From contig CAVVUN010000012.1 of assembly GCA_963751455.1 (NCBI GenBank), positions 1 through 64,000 of the forward strand: a stretch of 64,000 bases of DNA, in the 5' to 3' direction. The notes under the pieces were generated by a model. The model was not told the origin of the DNA. It worked only from the letters and a program-made list of their open reading frames with translations, and did no database searches. This document shows, piece by piece, positions 53,365 to 62,210 of the stretch; position 1 is the stretch's first letter; each line of letters begins with the position of its first letter. This DNA comes from Nitrospirota bacterium (lineage in GTDB: Bacteria > Nitrospirota > UBA9217). Position numbers and translations under genes: made by a program.

Positions 53365-55143
53365 GTGCCGGTCGAAAGGGGCTCGGGCAAAATGCGCCCG
53401 GCCCCTCACCCACGGGAGGCGTATGGCGAGATACAAGGACTATGATTATTCCCAAGGCAAATTCATTCCTGTCAGCTTCGACAAACAAATCCTCCCGGGC
53501 ACCTTCGAACACACCCTTCACTATATAATCGACAACGACATCGACCTTTCCTTATTTGATCTCCGCTATCAGAACGATGAGACCGGCGCCCCGGCCTACG
53601 ATCCCCGGATACTTTTAAAAATCGTCCTCTACGCCTATTCAAAGGGCATCACCTCAAGCCGGAAGATCGCCGACTGTTGCAATAACAACGTCATCTTCAT
53701 GGCCCTCTCCGCCGACACCCGGCCGCACTTCACCACCATTGCCGACTTCATCTCCTCGAACGATCAGGAAACGGTGAAACTCTTCCTCGAAGTGCTCCTG
53801 ATCTGCGACGAAATGGGCCTGATCAGCAAAGAGATGTTCGCCGTAGACGGGTGCAAGCTCCCCTCGAATGCGTCAAAGGAATGGAGCGGAACCAAGAAAG
53901 AGCTGAAGCACAAGAAAGAGAAGATGGAAAAGGCCATCCGCCAGATCGTTACCCGGCACCGGGAGAGGGACAAGACCGAAACGGACAAAGCAGTCATAGA
54001 GAAAGAAGAGCAATACGCCGAAACCCTCCGGGCCAAGGTCAAAAAGATCAAGGAATGGCTGGCGGAGAACGACGACAAGCCCGGCAGCGGCAAGAAGCCC
54101 CGGAAAAGCAACATCACCGACAACGAAAGCGCCACGATGAAGACTTCCCACGGCGTGATCCAAGGGTATAACGGCGTCGCCATGGTGGACAGCAAACACC
54201 AGGTCGTGGTCCATGCCGAAGCATTCGGAGAGCCCGAGCCCCACGTCCTCAAGCCCATGATCGAAAGCACCCGGGAGAATTTCCAAACCATCGGAAAGGA
54301 AGAAGATATCTTCGAGGAAACCAAAGTCACGACAGACAGCGGCTTTCACTCGGAAAAGAACGTGCAGATGCTGATGGAAGAAGGCATCGACGCCTATGTG
54401 GCGGACAACAGGTTCCGGCAGCGGGACCCGCGATTCAAGGACGCAGGAAGATACAAGGAAAAGTTCATGAAAGAACTGGCAAAGCGGTTCGGAAGGAAGA
54501 GCATCTACCAGCCCAAAGATTTCACGGTCAGCCCCGATAAGGATTTCTGCATCTGCCCCGCGGGCAAGCGGCTGTACCGTGATGGCGCCAACGTGCTGAT
54601 CAACGGAAAGCGCTTCATCAAGTTCCGGGGCAGCAAGACGAACTGTATTCCCTGCGGGCTCCGAGCGAAGTGCATGAAGAACCCCGACCAGACGGTAACC
54701 CGGCAGTTCGCGTACTACACCGGAAAGAATGAACAGCATGCCAAGACCTTCACGGAGAAAATGAAAGAAAAGATAGATTCGATCGCTGGCCGGTTTATAT
54801 ATGGAAGACGAATGGCCACGGTCGAGCCGGTCTTCGCAGACATCCGATCAAACCTTGGCCTGGACCGCTTCAGCCTTCGGGGGAAACGCAAGGTCAACGT
54901 CCAATGGGTTCTGTACTGCACCGTGCACAATCTTCTCAAGGTGCATCGATACGGACCGGGGTTTGCGTGATGAGCATAGTGAAGAGTAGCATAGAGCAGT
55001 AAATGAAAGGCAGCCGGGATAGAAACCGGGGCTTGAACAAAGCAGGTCCTCAAACTGTACCAATAATCCGAACAGAGCAGGACAGATTAGACACGATAAG
55101 CCGGGAAAAGAGTTTTCTGCAAAGTGACTTTTCCTACAGGCTC
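53365..55143 (+). mobile_element. IS1182-family element
   Basis: Right end GACTTTTCCTACAGGCTC; degenerate left end GTGCCGGTCGAAAGGGGC (11/18); flanked by CAAC | GTTG. Confidence 0.7.
53423..54970 (+). CDS. IS1182-family transposase
   Basis: GAPAYDPRILLKIVLYAY, PHFTTIADF, AVDGCKL, TDSGFHS, RMATVEPVF. Confidence 0.95.
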   Translation: MARYKDYDYSQGKFIPVSFDKQILPGTFEHTLHYIIDNDIDLSLFDLRYQNDETGAPAYDPRILLKIVLYAYSKGITSSRKIADCCNNNVIFMALSADTRPHFTTIADFISSNDQETVKLFLEVLLICDEMGLISKEMFAVDGCKLPSNASKEWSGTKKELKHKKEKMEKAIRQIVTRHRERDKTETDKAVIEKEEQYAETLRAKVKKIKEWLAENDDKPGSGKKPRKSNITDNESATMKTSHGVIQGYNGVAMVDSKHQVVVHAEAFGEPEPHVLKPMIESTRENFQTIGKEEDIFEETKVTTDSGFHSEKNVQMLMEEGIDAYVADNRFRQRDPRFKDAGRYKEKFMKELAKRFGRKSIYQPKDFTVSPDKDFCICPAGKRLYRDGANVLINGKRFIKFRGSKTNCIPCGLRAKCMKNPDQTVTRQFAYYTGKNEQHAKTFTEKMKEKIDSIAGRFIYGRRMATVEPVFADIRSNLGLDRFSLRGKRKVNVQWVLYCTVHNLLKVHRYGPGFA

Positions 55144-55212
55144 GTTGATGGGTTTCAAATGACGCTTTCGACCTCAGCAGAAAGCAATGCAGCGAAACAG
55201 CTATGACAACTC

Positions 55213-55254
55213 TTGACACACATCTTATAAATCTGTATAGTTACTATATACAGA
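55213..55254 (+). promoter_or_regulatory. Promoter/operator of the third TA pair
   Basis: TTGACA-17 bp-TATAGT; palindrome TCTGTATA-N7-TATACAGA over the -10. Confidence 0.7.
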
Positions 55255-55277
55255 ACAGAATTTGATAAGGAGAAGTC

Positions 55278-55574
55278 ATGAAAGCAACCATTCTTGATCT
55301 CAGATACCGTATGAACGACGTATTGAAGGCAATCGAACGCAACGAGAAGGTATCAATTTCTTACCACGGAAAGCAAAAAGGCGTAATTATTTCTGGCGCC
55401 AATTATTCAGCACGCAAGGTCACCGAGCATCCTTTCTTTAATATGCGAAAAACCATACGTGAAACGAAAGTGACAAAAGAACCTTTTCTCGTAAATCCGC
55501 CTGTGCGAAAAAAAGGGAAATCGGTCGAAGAGGAGATGAGCAAACTCCGTGGAGGACGCTATCGTGATCTTTGA
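55278..55574 (+). CDS. Phd/YefM-like antitoxin
   Basis: ATILDLRYRMNDVLKAIERNEKVSISYHGK; coupled to a PIN gene. Confidence 0.8.
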   Translation: MKATILDLRYRMNDVLKAIERNEKVSISYHGKQKGVIISGANYSARKVTEHPFFNMRKTIRETKVTKEPFLVNPPVRKKGKSVEEEMSKLRGGRYRDL

Positions 55575-55941
55575 TACGGATATTTTTATCTGGATACAGC
55601 GGGGAAACCGCAAGGCTGCGCAAGTAGTCGAGGGCGATGAAGAACGATTTCTCTCGGTCCAGACCTACATGGAATTGCTGCAATCTGCTGAAAACAGACG
55701 GCAGCTTGATTACACAAAAACGTTTTTAAAGGATTTCGCTTTTCAAACCTTGCCATTCACGGAGAACATCGGGCATCGTGCGGCAGTCTATATCGAGGAG
55801 TACACGCTATCGAACGGCATTCGGGCTGGCGACGCGGTCATCGCGGCTACTGCTGCGGAGAATAATCTAACTCTCTGTACAGCCAATGCTAAACACTTCA
55901 AACCCATCAAAGATCTGAAGCTTAGGATACTCAAACCGTGA
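55564..55941 (+). CDS. VapC PIN-domain toxin
   Basis: IFDTDIFIW, TYMELL, GDAVIAATA, TANAKHF; GTG start after GGAGG. Confidence 0.92.
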   Translation: MIFDTDIFIWIQRGNRKAAQVVEGDEERFLSVQTYMELLQSAENRRQLDYTKTFLKDFAFQTLPFTENIGHRAAVYIEEYTLSNGIRAGDAVIAATAAENNLTLCTANAKHFKPIKDLKLRILKP

Positions 55942-56008
55942 GACAGCTAAAACTGTACTGTGCGTATCTTTAACATCAGCGAGCGAACCAAATGGAGTCG
56001 GGTCTTGA

Positions 56009-56138
56009 CGGGCTGTTGCTCAAACCGATTTTGTGCTTCGACAGGCTCAGCACGAACGGAAAAATTTTATGTTATCAATGGCCATACCGTTCGCCCTGAG
56101 CCTGTCGAAGGGTGAACGGGGGTTTGGGCAACAGCCCG
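56009..56138. mobile_element. 130-bp MITE with 18-bp TIR and TTGA target duplication
   Basis: CGGGCTGTTGC(T/C)CAAACC at both ends (17/18); TTGA at 56005-56008 and 56139-56142; internal CTTCGACAGGCTCAG...CTGAGCCTGTCGAAG. Confidence 0.85.
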
Positions 56139-56512
56139 TTGAAATATCACTTTTCAGAGGTCATGACGGTCACTTCTCGATTCTTGACAAATAGCAACTT
56201 TCACGCAGTGACTGTTACGGTTTAACTTCTACGAAATCTGTTTAGTAATAGGTATGATAATTACCCCTCGCGATTGAAGCTCCCCCTTCTCATTTCCCCC
56301 TCCAGAGCTAAAGTGCGGTCGCAGGATCGTACTCCCTCATGAGGTCTTCGCCTTCCAGCGCGGTTATCATGAATTTAAAAAGCGTAGACGATGGTTAGGG
56401 AGACAATATATTGAGATTGATTATTACCGGCAGCTTTGCGACCTTGCGTCTTTGAGCGAAAAGGGAACAGTCTTTTTTCTTACGTTTCCAGATCGTCCTG
56501 TGTCTGGCTCCT

Positions 56513-57290
56513 TTAGAGCAGGATACTGATGATTCTCTTCAATAACTCGTCCAGGGGAAAGACCGTCAACGCTAACGAAAGCATCGGAACGAGGGCCGAC
56601 AGCGCAAGAATGATGAATGTCCCGCTGCCGAAGGGAAACAACCGCATTTTGCGGATGATTTCAAAGCTGTTTGCAAGGTCGGAGAGCGATTGGATGTCCG
56701 GGCTGCCGAGCAGCTTTTCTTCTTTGCGCACGCTGCCGCGGACCCACTTCCAGGCGAATGCTTCCGTGTACCTGTCCGCAAGAACACCGTATTCAAGAAG
56801 GCCGTTTCTCTTAGTGCGGAAAAGTTTACTGCTGAATACCATGAGGGGGCCCAGCAAAAGAATGACCGTGATTAATCCTAAAAACGGCATTTGAACACGG
56901 ATGAACACGGAAACAGCGGATCAAAACAATGTGATAGAGCAAAAAGCCATCTCGCCTTTTGGGTGAATCCATTACTGTTCGTAACTTCCTATAAATCCGT
57001 GTTGATCAGATTTTATCCGTGTCCAACTGCTTTTTTCAGGTTAATATGAATACTATGATCAGGGGCGCGAACGATGAAAGAGCTGCGCCCTCATACATGA
57101 TTCTTCCGCCCAGGGCGGCGGAAACAACGGACGCAAAAGCAAAAATAATAAGGCCGAACTGCAGTTGGCCCATGCCCAGGAACCCAAGACCGCCGGCAAG
57201 GTCGGGATGCGTTGGCGTCAATTGCAGTTCGAGATTTGCAATGCGCCTCAATAACCAGAACCATATAGCGAACCTCCATAGCCGCCGGAA
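56513..57290 (-). pseudogene. 5'-truncated membrane-protein gene interrupted by a 164-bp element
   Basis: The HPDLAGGLGFL...IIVFIL and ITVILLLGPL...DIQSLSDL halves rejoin in frame when the element is removed. Confidence 0.8.
56877..57040. mobile_element. 164-bp MITE with ACACGGAT arms and a 5-bp TSD
   Basis: TIR CCTAAAAACGGCATTTGAACACGGAT vs CCTGAAAAAAGCAGTTGGACACGGAT (21/26); TTAAT at 56872-56876 and 57041-57045. Confidence 0.88.
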
Positions 57291-57417
57291 CTATAAACTG
57301 GCACACCGCGTCGATGATGACCGCGATGACAAAGACCTTGCCCACCGCTTTCCATCCGTCTCTGAGCATGTCACGTCGATGATTTTTTTCGGTCCCCCGC
57401 ACGCGCCGCTGCTGCGT

Positions 57418-58254
57418 TTATCTCGTTCCTCCTTCACTTGATTGCTTCCGGCCCGGCGCCGAAGGCGCCGCGTCCTTATTGAGTTTGTTTTGAAGTTCTA
57501 CCATGGCCTGTTGACTCACCCGCATGAATCCCTTCTGGGGACGGTCGAGGTCAGCGATCAGGAACATGACGCCCGAGAACGAGAGGACAAGCGCCAGCGA
57601 AACCATGAGGCTTCGCGCGCCCACGAGTCCCGACCGGTAGCCCATCATGAACATCGCCAGGCACGACAGAAAATAGAGAGTGACCCAGATGGTTGCCGGA
57701 ACGCGGTTTCTGACCGCTACAGTCAATCGCTTCAGATGAAGGTCGATCAGTTCGTTCAGGGACTGAATGAAGAGGCCGGTCGTAATAGAACCATGCGTCT
57801 TTATTGCGGCAGCGGCAGCTTGGGCCCAGAGTTGGTCCTGCAGCGCCTCAGACCGGGCCACTGCCTCCGAGAGTCTCTCCGGTCCATTCTGACCGGCCTT
57901 CACGCGTATATCGACATAATCACGCAGAAGACGACGGATCTCCTCACGGTGGGGATCGGGCAGGAGCGCAGCGCGGAGGTACGTGGTCCCAATCGCGTTC
58001 GTTTCCTCGATGACCATGTTCTTGCGCGAGTCATGACGGGAGGCGGCAGACCCGAAGGTGAACGCCAGCATGAATGCGAGCAATCCCGCAGCTGCTGCAG
58101 CCATGGCGTTTACCGACGACTCCAATGCGGGGTCTTTGTGACGCGCCTTTTTTCCGAGGAAATAACCTCCCTCGATGCAAAGGAAGACAAGCGCCACTGT
58201 CGCCAGAAAGAATTGCCATAGATACAAACTATCAATAGGTATGCCTGAGGTCAT
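57418..58254 (-). CDS. DUF4239-like membrane protein
   Basis: GLLAFMLAFTF, ETNAIGTTYLRA, SLNELIDL, IADLDRP. Confidence 0.8.
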   Translation of the reverse strand: MTSGIPIDSLYLWQFFLATVALVFLCIEGGYFLGKKARHKDPALESSVNAMAAAAAGLLAFMLAFTFGSAASRHDSRKNMVIEETNAIGTTYLRAALLPDPHREEIRRLLRDYVDIRVKAGQNGPERLSEAVARSEALQDQLWAQAAAAAIKTHGSITTGLFIQSLNELIDLHLKRLTVAVRNRVPATIWVTLYFLSCLAMFMMGYRSGLVGARSLMVSLALVLSFSGVMFLIADLDRPQKGFMRVSQQAMVELQNKLNKDAAPSAPGRKQSSEGGTR

Positions 58255-58352
58255 AATAGTGAGAACCACCCATCTTCGCGCCAATGACCGCGGCGTCTAT
58301 CCATCACAAACGGCCGGCGGCCCGGTTCGGGCTGCCCGGCCACTCAATGCGT

Positions 58353-58650
58353 TTACTGCCGTGCCATCGCGATGCGGATCGCATCCTCCGGTTTGACGAG
58401 GTGCTCCGCGCTCTCGGCGGTTTCCGAGATGTCAAGCTGCACCCCCTTGACGCGGCCGTTGAATGCGTTGCCGTGCGAGCTGTAGTCTTCGGAAACGGGA
58501 GCGCCCGAGTCTTCCCCGACGTCGCAGCCATCATCGGCGGGACCATCGCCAATGTCGCGGGGATTGGACTGGTCCCCCCGACAGAGAAGTGCTTCACGCC
58601 GCCGAGGTTGTAGCAGTACTTCAGCTTGCCGTCCTTCGCGTACAGGCTGA
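58353..58650 (-). pseudogene. Frameshifted C-terminal remnant of an arylsulfatase-like gene
   Basis: Fragments across frames: SLYAKDGKLKYCYN / DDGCDVGEDSGAPVSEDY..FNGRVKG / VKPEDAIRIAMARQ*. Confidence 0.6.
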
Positions 58651-58998
58651 CGGTCCGAAATACGTATTTGGGGCCGTTATTCTTCGTATTTTTGACTCCT
58701 TCCGGATGATACCGGAAGATTTGACACTAGTTCCTTCAGCGATATTCCTACTTTTTGCCGCAATTTTACCGTTTAGAATTGGCCTTTACAGCAGGATGCA
58801 TAGTAGTAAATTAGCTCCACTGGGAAAAAGATCAAGTGGGGCAAAGTAGTATCAGAGCACCCTGGAATGCGGCGGGAAGTGGCTCCGGATTCGGAGCGTC
58901 AATGCATGGGATACTGACCTGAACTGCTTGCTTGCGGCGGAGGCATCAGGAAAAGAAATTGAGCGGGGACTTAAGAGGATGGAGAAGCAAGAACGACA

Positions 58999-59481
58999 TT
59001 ACCTTTTCTGTTTTGCTTTCTTGTTTAAAATATCTTTCTCGATAACGCGCTTGACCGCGGCCCGTACATCCGGATCGCTGATATCCCGGACGTATTGTTC
59101 GATCGTTTCGTAATCCGCTGCATCGAGGGCCGCCTGCACAGGGCGGTCATCCGGAGGCGTCTCAGAAACCGGTATTTCACCGAGGTTGAGCGTAATGTCC
59201 GCAACCGCTGTTCGTCCGAGCGCTTCGTTCACCTTCTTGACAATCTCCGGCTTGAGCAGGGACAGCTGCTGCATCCAGGCGGGGCTGTCCACAGTGAGAT
59301 AAAGCCTTTTGCCGTGGAGTTTTACAGGCAGTGCATGCCGCGCAATAGCCGGACCCACGGCCTTTTCCCAGCGGCCCAGCACCCGGTACTCGCTCAGCCG
59401 GGATTCAAGTCCGCGCGCTTTTAACAGGCTCTGAAGCGTAACGTATAATTTGCTCGGTTTTTTGCCCACAGATTTCATCAT
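58999..59481 (-). CDS. DUF721/DciA family protein
   Basis: WEKAVGPAIARHA, LYLTVDSPAWMQQLSLLK. Confidence 0.85.
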   Translation of the reverse strand: MMKSVGKKPSKLYVTLQSLLKARGLESRLSEYRVLGRWEKAVGPAIARHALPVKLHGKRLYLTVDSPAWMQQLSLLKPEIVKKVNEALGRTAVADITLNLGEIPVSETPPDDRPVQAALDAADYETIEQYVRDISDPDVRAAVKRVIEKDILNKKAKQKR

Positions 59482-59499
59482 AGCATATTGATACTTCTT

Positions 59500-59528
59500 T
59501 TGACAACAGTGATTCAGACGGTTATAAT
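59500..59528 (+). promoter_or_regulatory. Consensus sigma70 promoter of galT-glgA
   Basis: TTGACA-17 bp-TATAAT. Confidence 0.8.
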
Positions 59529-59576
59529 ACTGAATATTTCGTATTTTTTATTGATTTTCGAATAGAGGAGTTCTGA

Positions 59577-60581
59577 ATGCCAGAATTGCGAAAAGATCCC
59601 ATTACCGGCCGTTGGGTGATCATTTCATCAGAGCGCGGCAAGCGGCCTGCTGATTTCCGGGACCAGCGTGGGCGGAAACGCGGCGGTTTCTGCCCTTTCG
59701 ATGCCGGCAACGAACGTACCACTCCCGGCGAAGTGCTGGCCTATCGCGGTGACGGCAGCGGCGCCCGGAACGGACCGGGGTGGCGTCTTCGGGTGGTTCC
59801 CAACAAGTTTCCGGCCCTTCAAATCGAGGGCGATCTGAACAAACAGGGCGAAGGCATCTTCGACAAGATGAACGGTATCGGCGCCCACGAGGTCATCATT
59901 GAGACCCCGGACCACGACGCAACGCTTGCGACCCTCCCTCAGAAGGCCGTTGAGGAGGTGCTTTGGGCATACCGCGATCGGATGGAAGACCTGAAGAAGG
60001 ACAAGCGCTTTCAGTATACTTTGATATTCAAGAATGAGGGTTTGACGGCCGGGGCCACACTCGAGCACTCTCATTCGCAGCTGATCGCGCTGCCCATCGT
60101 GCCGATCCAGGTCCAGGAAGAAATCGACGGCTGCAAACGGCACTACGATCTCAAGGAACGGTGTATCTTCTGCGATATCATACGTCAGGAAATGCACCAT
60201 ACCGGCACCCGCGTTGTGCTTGAAACACCCCTTTTTATCGCTCTCGCGCCCTATGCTCCCCGTTTTCCGTTTGAAACGTGGATACTGCCCAAGAAGCACG
60301 TGTCCTGCTATGCCTGCTCTACGAATGAAGACTTCAGGGACCTCGCCGGCCTGCTCCAGAATGTTTTAAAGCGGATCGATAAAGCCCTTTCAAACCCACC
60401 CTACAATTTTGTTATCCACACCTCCCCCTTCAGGGACGAGCGCAACGAGTACTATCACTGGCATATAGAATTCATGCCGAAGCTCACGAGCGTCGCGGGC
60501 TTTGAATGGGGGTCCGGGTTTTATATCAATCCGACGCCTCCCGAGGAAGCGGCGAAATTTCTGCGTGAAATAAAACTATGA
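59577..60581 (+). CDS. galT: GalT-family nucleotidyltransferase (possibly ADP-glucose phosphorylase-like, given glgA linkage)
   Basis: ELRKDP, CPF, VPNKFPAL, GAHEVIIE, AGATLEHSHSQ, HWHIE. Confidence 0.88.
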   Translation: MPELRKDPITGRWVIISSERGKRPADFRDQRGRKRGGFCPFDAGNERTTPGEVLAYRGDGSGARNGPGWRLRVVPNKFPALQIEGDLNKQGEGIFDKMNGIGAHEVIIETPDHDATLATLPQKAVEEVLWAYRDRMEDLKKDKRFQYTLIFKNEGLTAGATLEHSHSQLIALPIVPIQVQEEIDGCKRHYDLKERCIFCDIIRQEMHHTGTRVVLETPLFIALAPYAPRFPFETWILPKKHVSCYACSTNEDFRDLAGLLQNVLKRIDKALSNPPYNFVIHTSPFRDERNEYYHWHIEFMPKLTSVAGFEWGSGFYINPTPPEEAAKFLREIKL

Positions 60582-62020
60582 AGATACTGTTCGCGACATC
60601 TGAAGCGGTCCCCTTTGCAAAGACCGGCGGGCTGGCAGATGTCGCCGGCAGTCTTCCACAGGCCCTCGCCGCAGCAGGGCATGATGTACGCGTAATCATG
60701 CCGCGCTATCAGGTCGTCGACCGCAAGCGGTTCGGCCTCCGTCATGTCGCGGCATATCATGTAGACCTCGGCTCCTGGCGCGAGCGTTGCGATGTCCTGC
60801 AGAGCGGCATGGGGAAAAACGTTCCGGTCTATTTCCTGGAAAAGGACATTTACTTCGACCGCCCCGGCATCTACGGCACCCGTGCCGGCGATTATCCTGA
60901 CAACGCTGAACGCTTTACCTTCTTCTCGCGGGCCGCACTTGAACTCTGCAAAGCGCTGGACTTTGAGCCCGATATTATCCACTGCAACGACTGGCAGACG
61001 GGGCTCATCCCTCTTTATCTGAAGACATTTTACCGGGGAAAGCCGCCGTTTGAACGGACGAAGTCCGTGTTTACGGTTCATAACCTCGGGTACCAGGGAA
61101 CGTTCTGGCACTGGGACATGCACCTGCTGGGCCTCGGCTGGGAATTCTTCACGCCGGAAGGCATCGAGTTCTGGGGCCATATCAGTTTCCTCAAGGCAGG
61201 GCTCGTTTACTCCGACATCCTTACGACCGTGAGCAGGACGTACAGCCGGGAGATCCAGACAGCGGACTATGGCCACGGGCTTGACGGCGTCCTCGCCCGG
61301 CGCTCTGCGGACCTGTACGGAATAGTGAACGGCATCGACAACGAGCAGTGGGACCCGTCCCGGGATAAAGCGATTGCGACTAAATACGCGGCTGCGCGGC
61401 CCGGGGGCAAGGCGGAATGCAGGAAAGAACTGCTGAAACTTGCGGGTCTGCCGTACGGAAAGCAGCCGGTCATCGGGATGGTGACCCGGCTGGTCGGTCA
61501 GAAGGGTTTCGATATTCTCGCTGAAGCGCTGCCGGAAATCATGTCCCTCGGCGTACAACTCGTCATCCTTGGAACCGGCGAAGAACAATACGAACGCATC
61601 CTGACAGAGACAGCCGAGCGATACCCGGAACAGCTCCGGGTGCTGCTGCGGTATGATGAAACGATCTCCAAAAAAATCTACGCCGGATCGGACATGTTCC
61701 TCATGCCTTCCCGGTATGAGCCGTGCGGCCTCGGCCAGCTGATTGCACTCAGGTACGGAACAGTGCCGGTCGTGAGGAAAACCGGCGGACTCGCTGATAC
61801 CGTGAAAAATTACAGTGCCACCGGGCAGGGCACCGGGTTCGTGTTCGAAAAGTATACGCCTGAGGCTCTCGTCAAGTGCCTCGCTCGTGCAGTGTCGGTG
61901 TACGGCCAGACAGGGAAATGGCGGCAGCTCGTGCAATGCTGCATGAAGCAGGATTTTTCCTGGGAGCGTTCCGCCGGGGAATACGTGAAGGTGTATCGGA
62001 AAGCGCTAAAGAAAAAATAA
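60578..62020 (+). CDS. glgA: Glycogen synthase
   Basis: KTGGLADV, HCNDWQT, TVHNLGYQG, PSRYEPCGL. Confidence 0.97.
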   Translation: MKILFATSEAVPFAKTGGLADVAGSLPQALAAAGHDVRVIMPRYQVVDRKRFGLRHVAAYHVDLGSWRERCDVLQSGMGKNVPVYFLEKDIYFDRPGIYGTRAGDYPDNAERFTFFSRAALELCKALDFEPDIIHCNDWQTGLIPLYLKTFYRGKPPFERTKSVFTVHNLGYQGTFWHWDMHLLGLGWEFFTPEGIEFWGHISFLKAGLVYSDILTTVSRTYSREIQTADYGHGLDGVLARRSADLYGIVNGIDNEQWDPSRDKAIATKYAAARPGGKAECRKELLKLAGLPYGKQPVIGMVTRLVGQKGFDILAEALPEIMSLGVQLVILGTGEEQYERILTETAERYPEQLRVLLRYDETISKKIYAGSDMFLMPSRYEPCGLGQLIALRYGTVPVVRKTGGLADTVKNYSATGQGTGFVFEKYTPEALVKCLARAVSVYGQTGKWRQLVQCCMKQDFSWERSAGEYVKVYRKALKKK

Positions 62021-62028
62021 TAATTAAT

Positions 62029-62199
62029 AACCACAGGTCCGCTTCGCTGACACACGGGTAAACACAGATTAAAGCCTCAAGAAACAATCGAAAATATTCT
62101 TTAGAATTCATCTGTGCGTTCCGACAAAGTCGGAACCCGTGTTAATTTGCTTGTACCCAGCGCTTACGAGTGCTGTCAGCGCGAGTGCAGGGTGTGGTT
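62029..62199. repeat. AACCACAG...GTGGTT palindrome with nested module A (62149-62193)
   Basis: Arms related to 49747-49872; nested GCTTGTACCCAGCG...GCGAGTGCAGGGT. Confidence 0.75.
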
Positions 62200-62210
62200 A
62201 ATAAACCATC

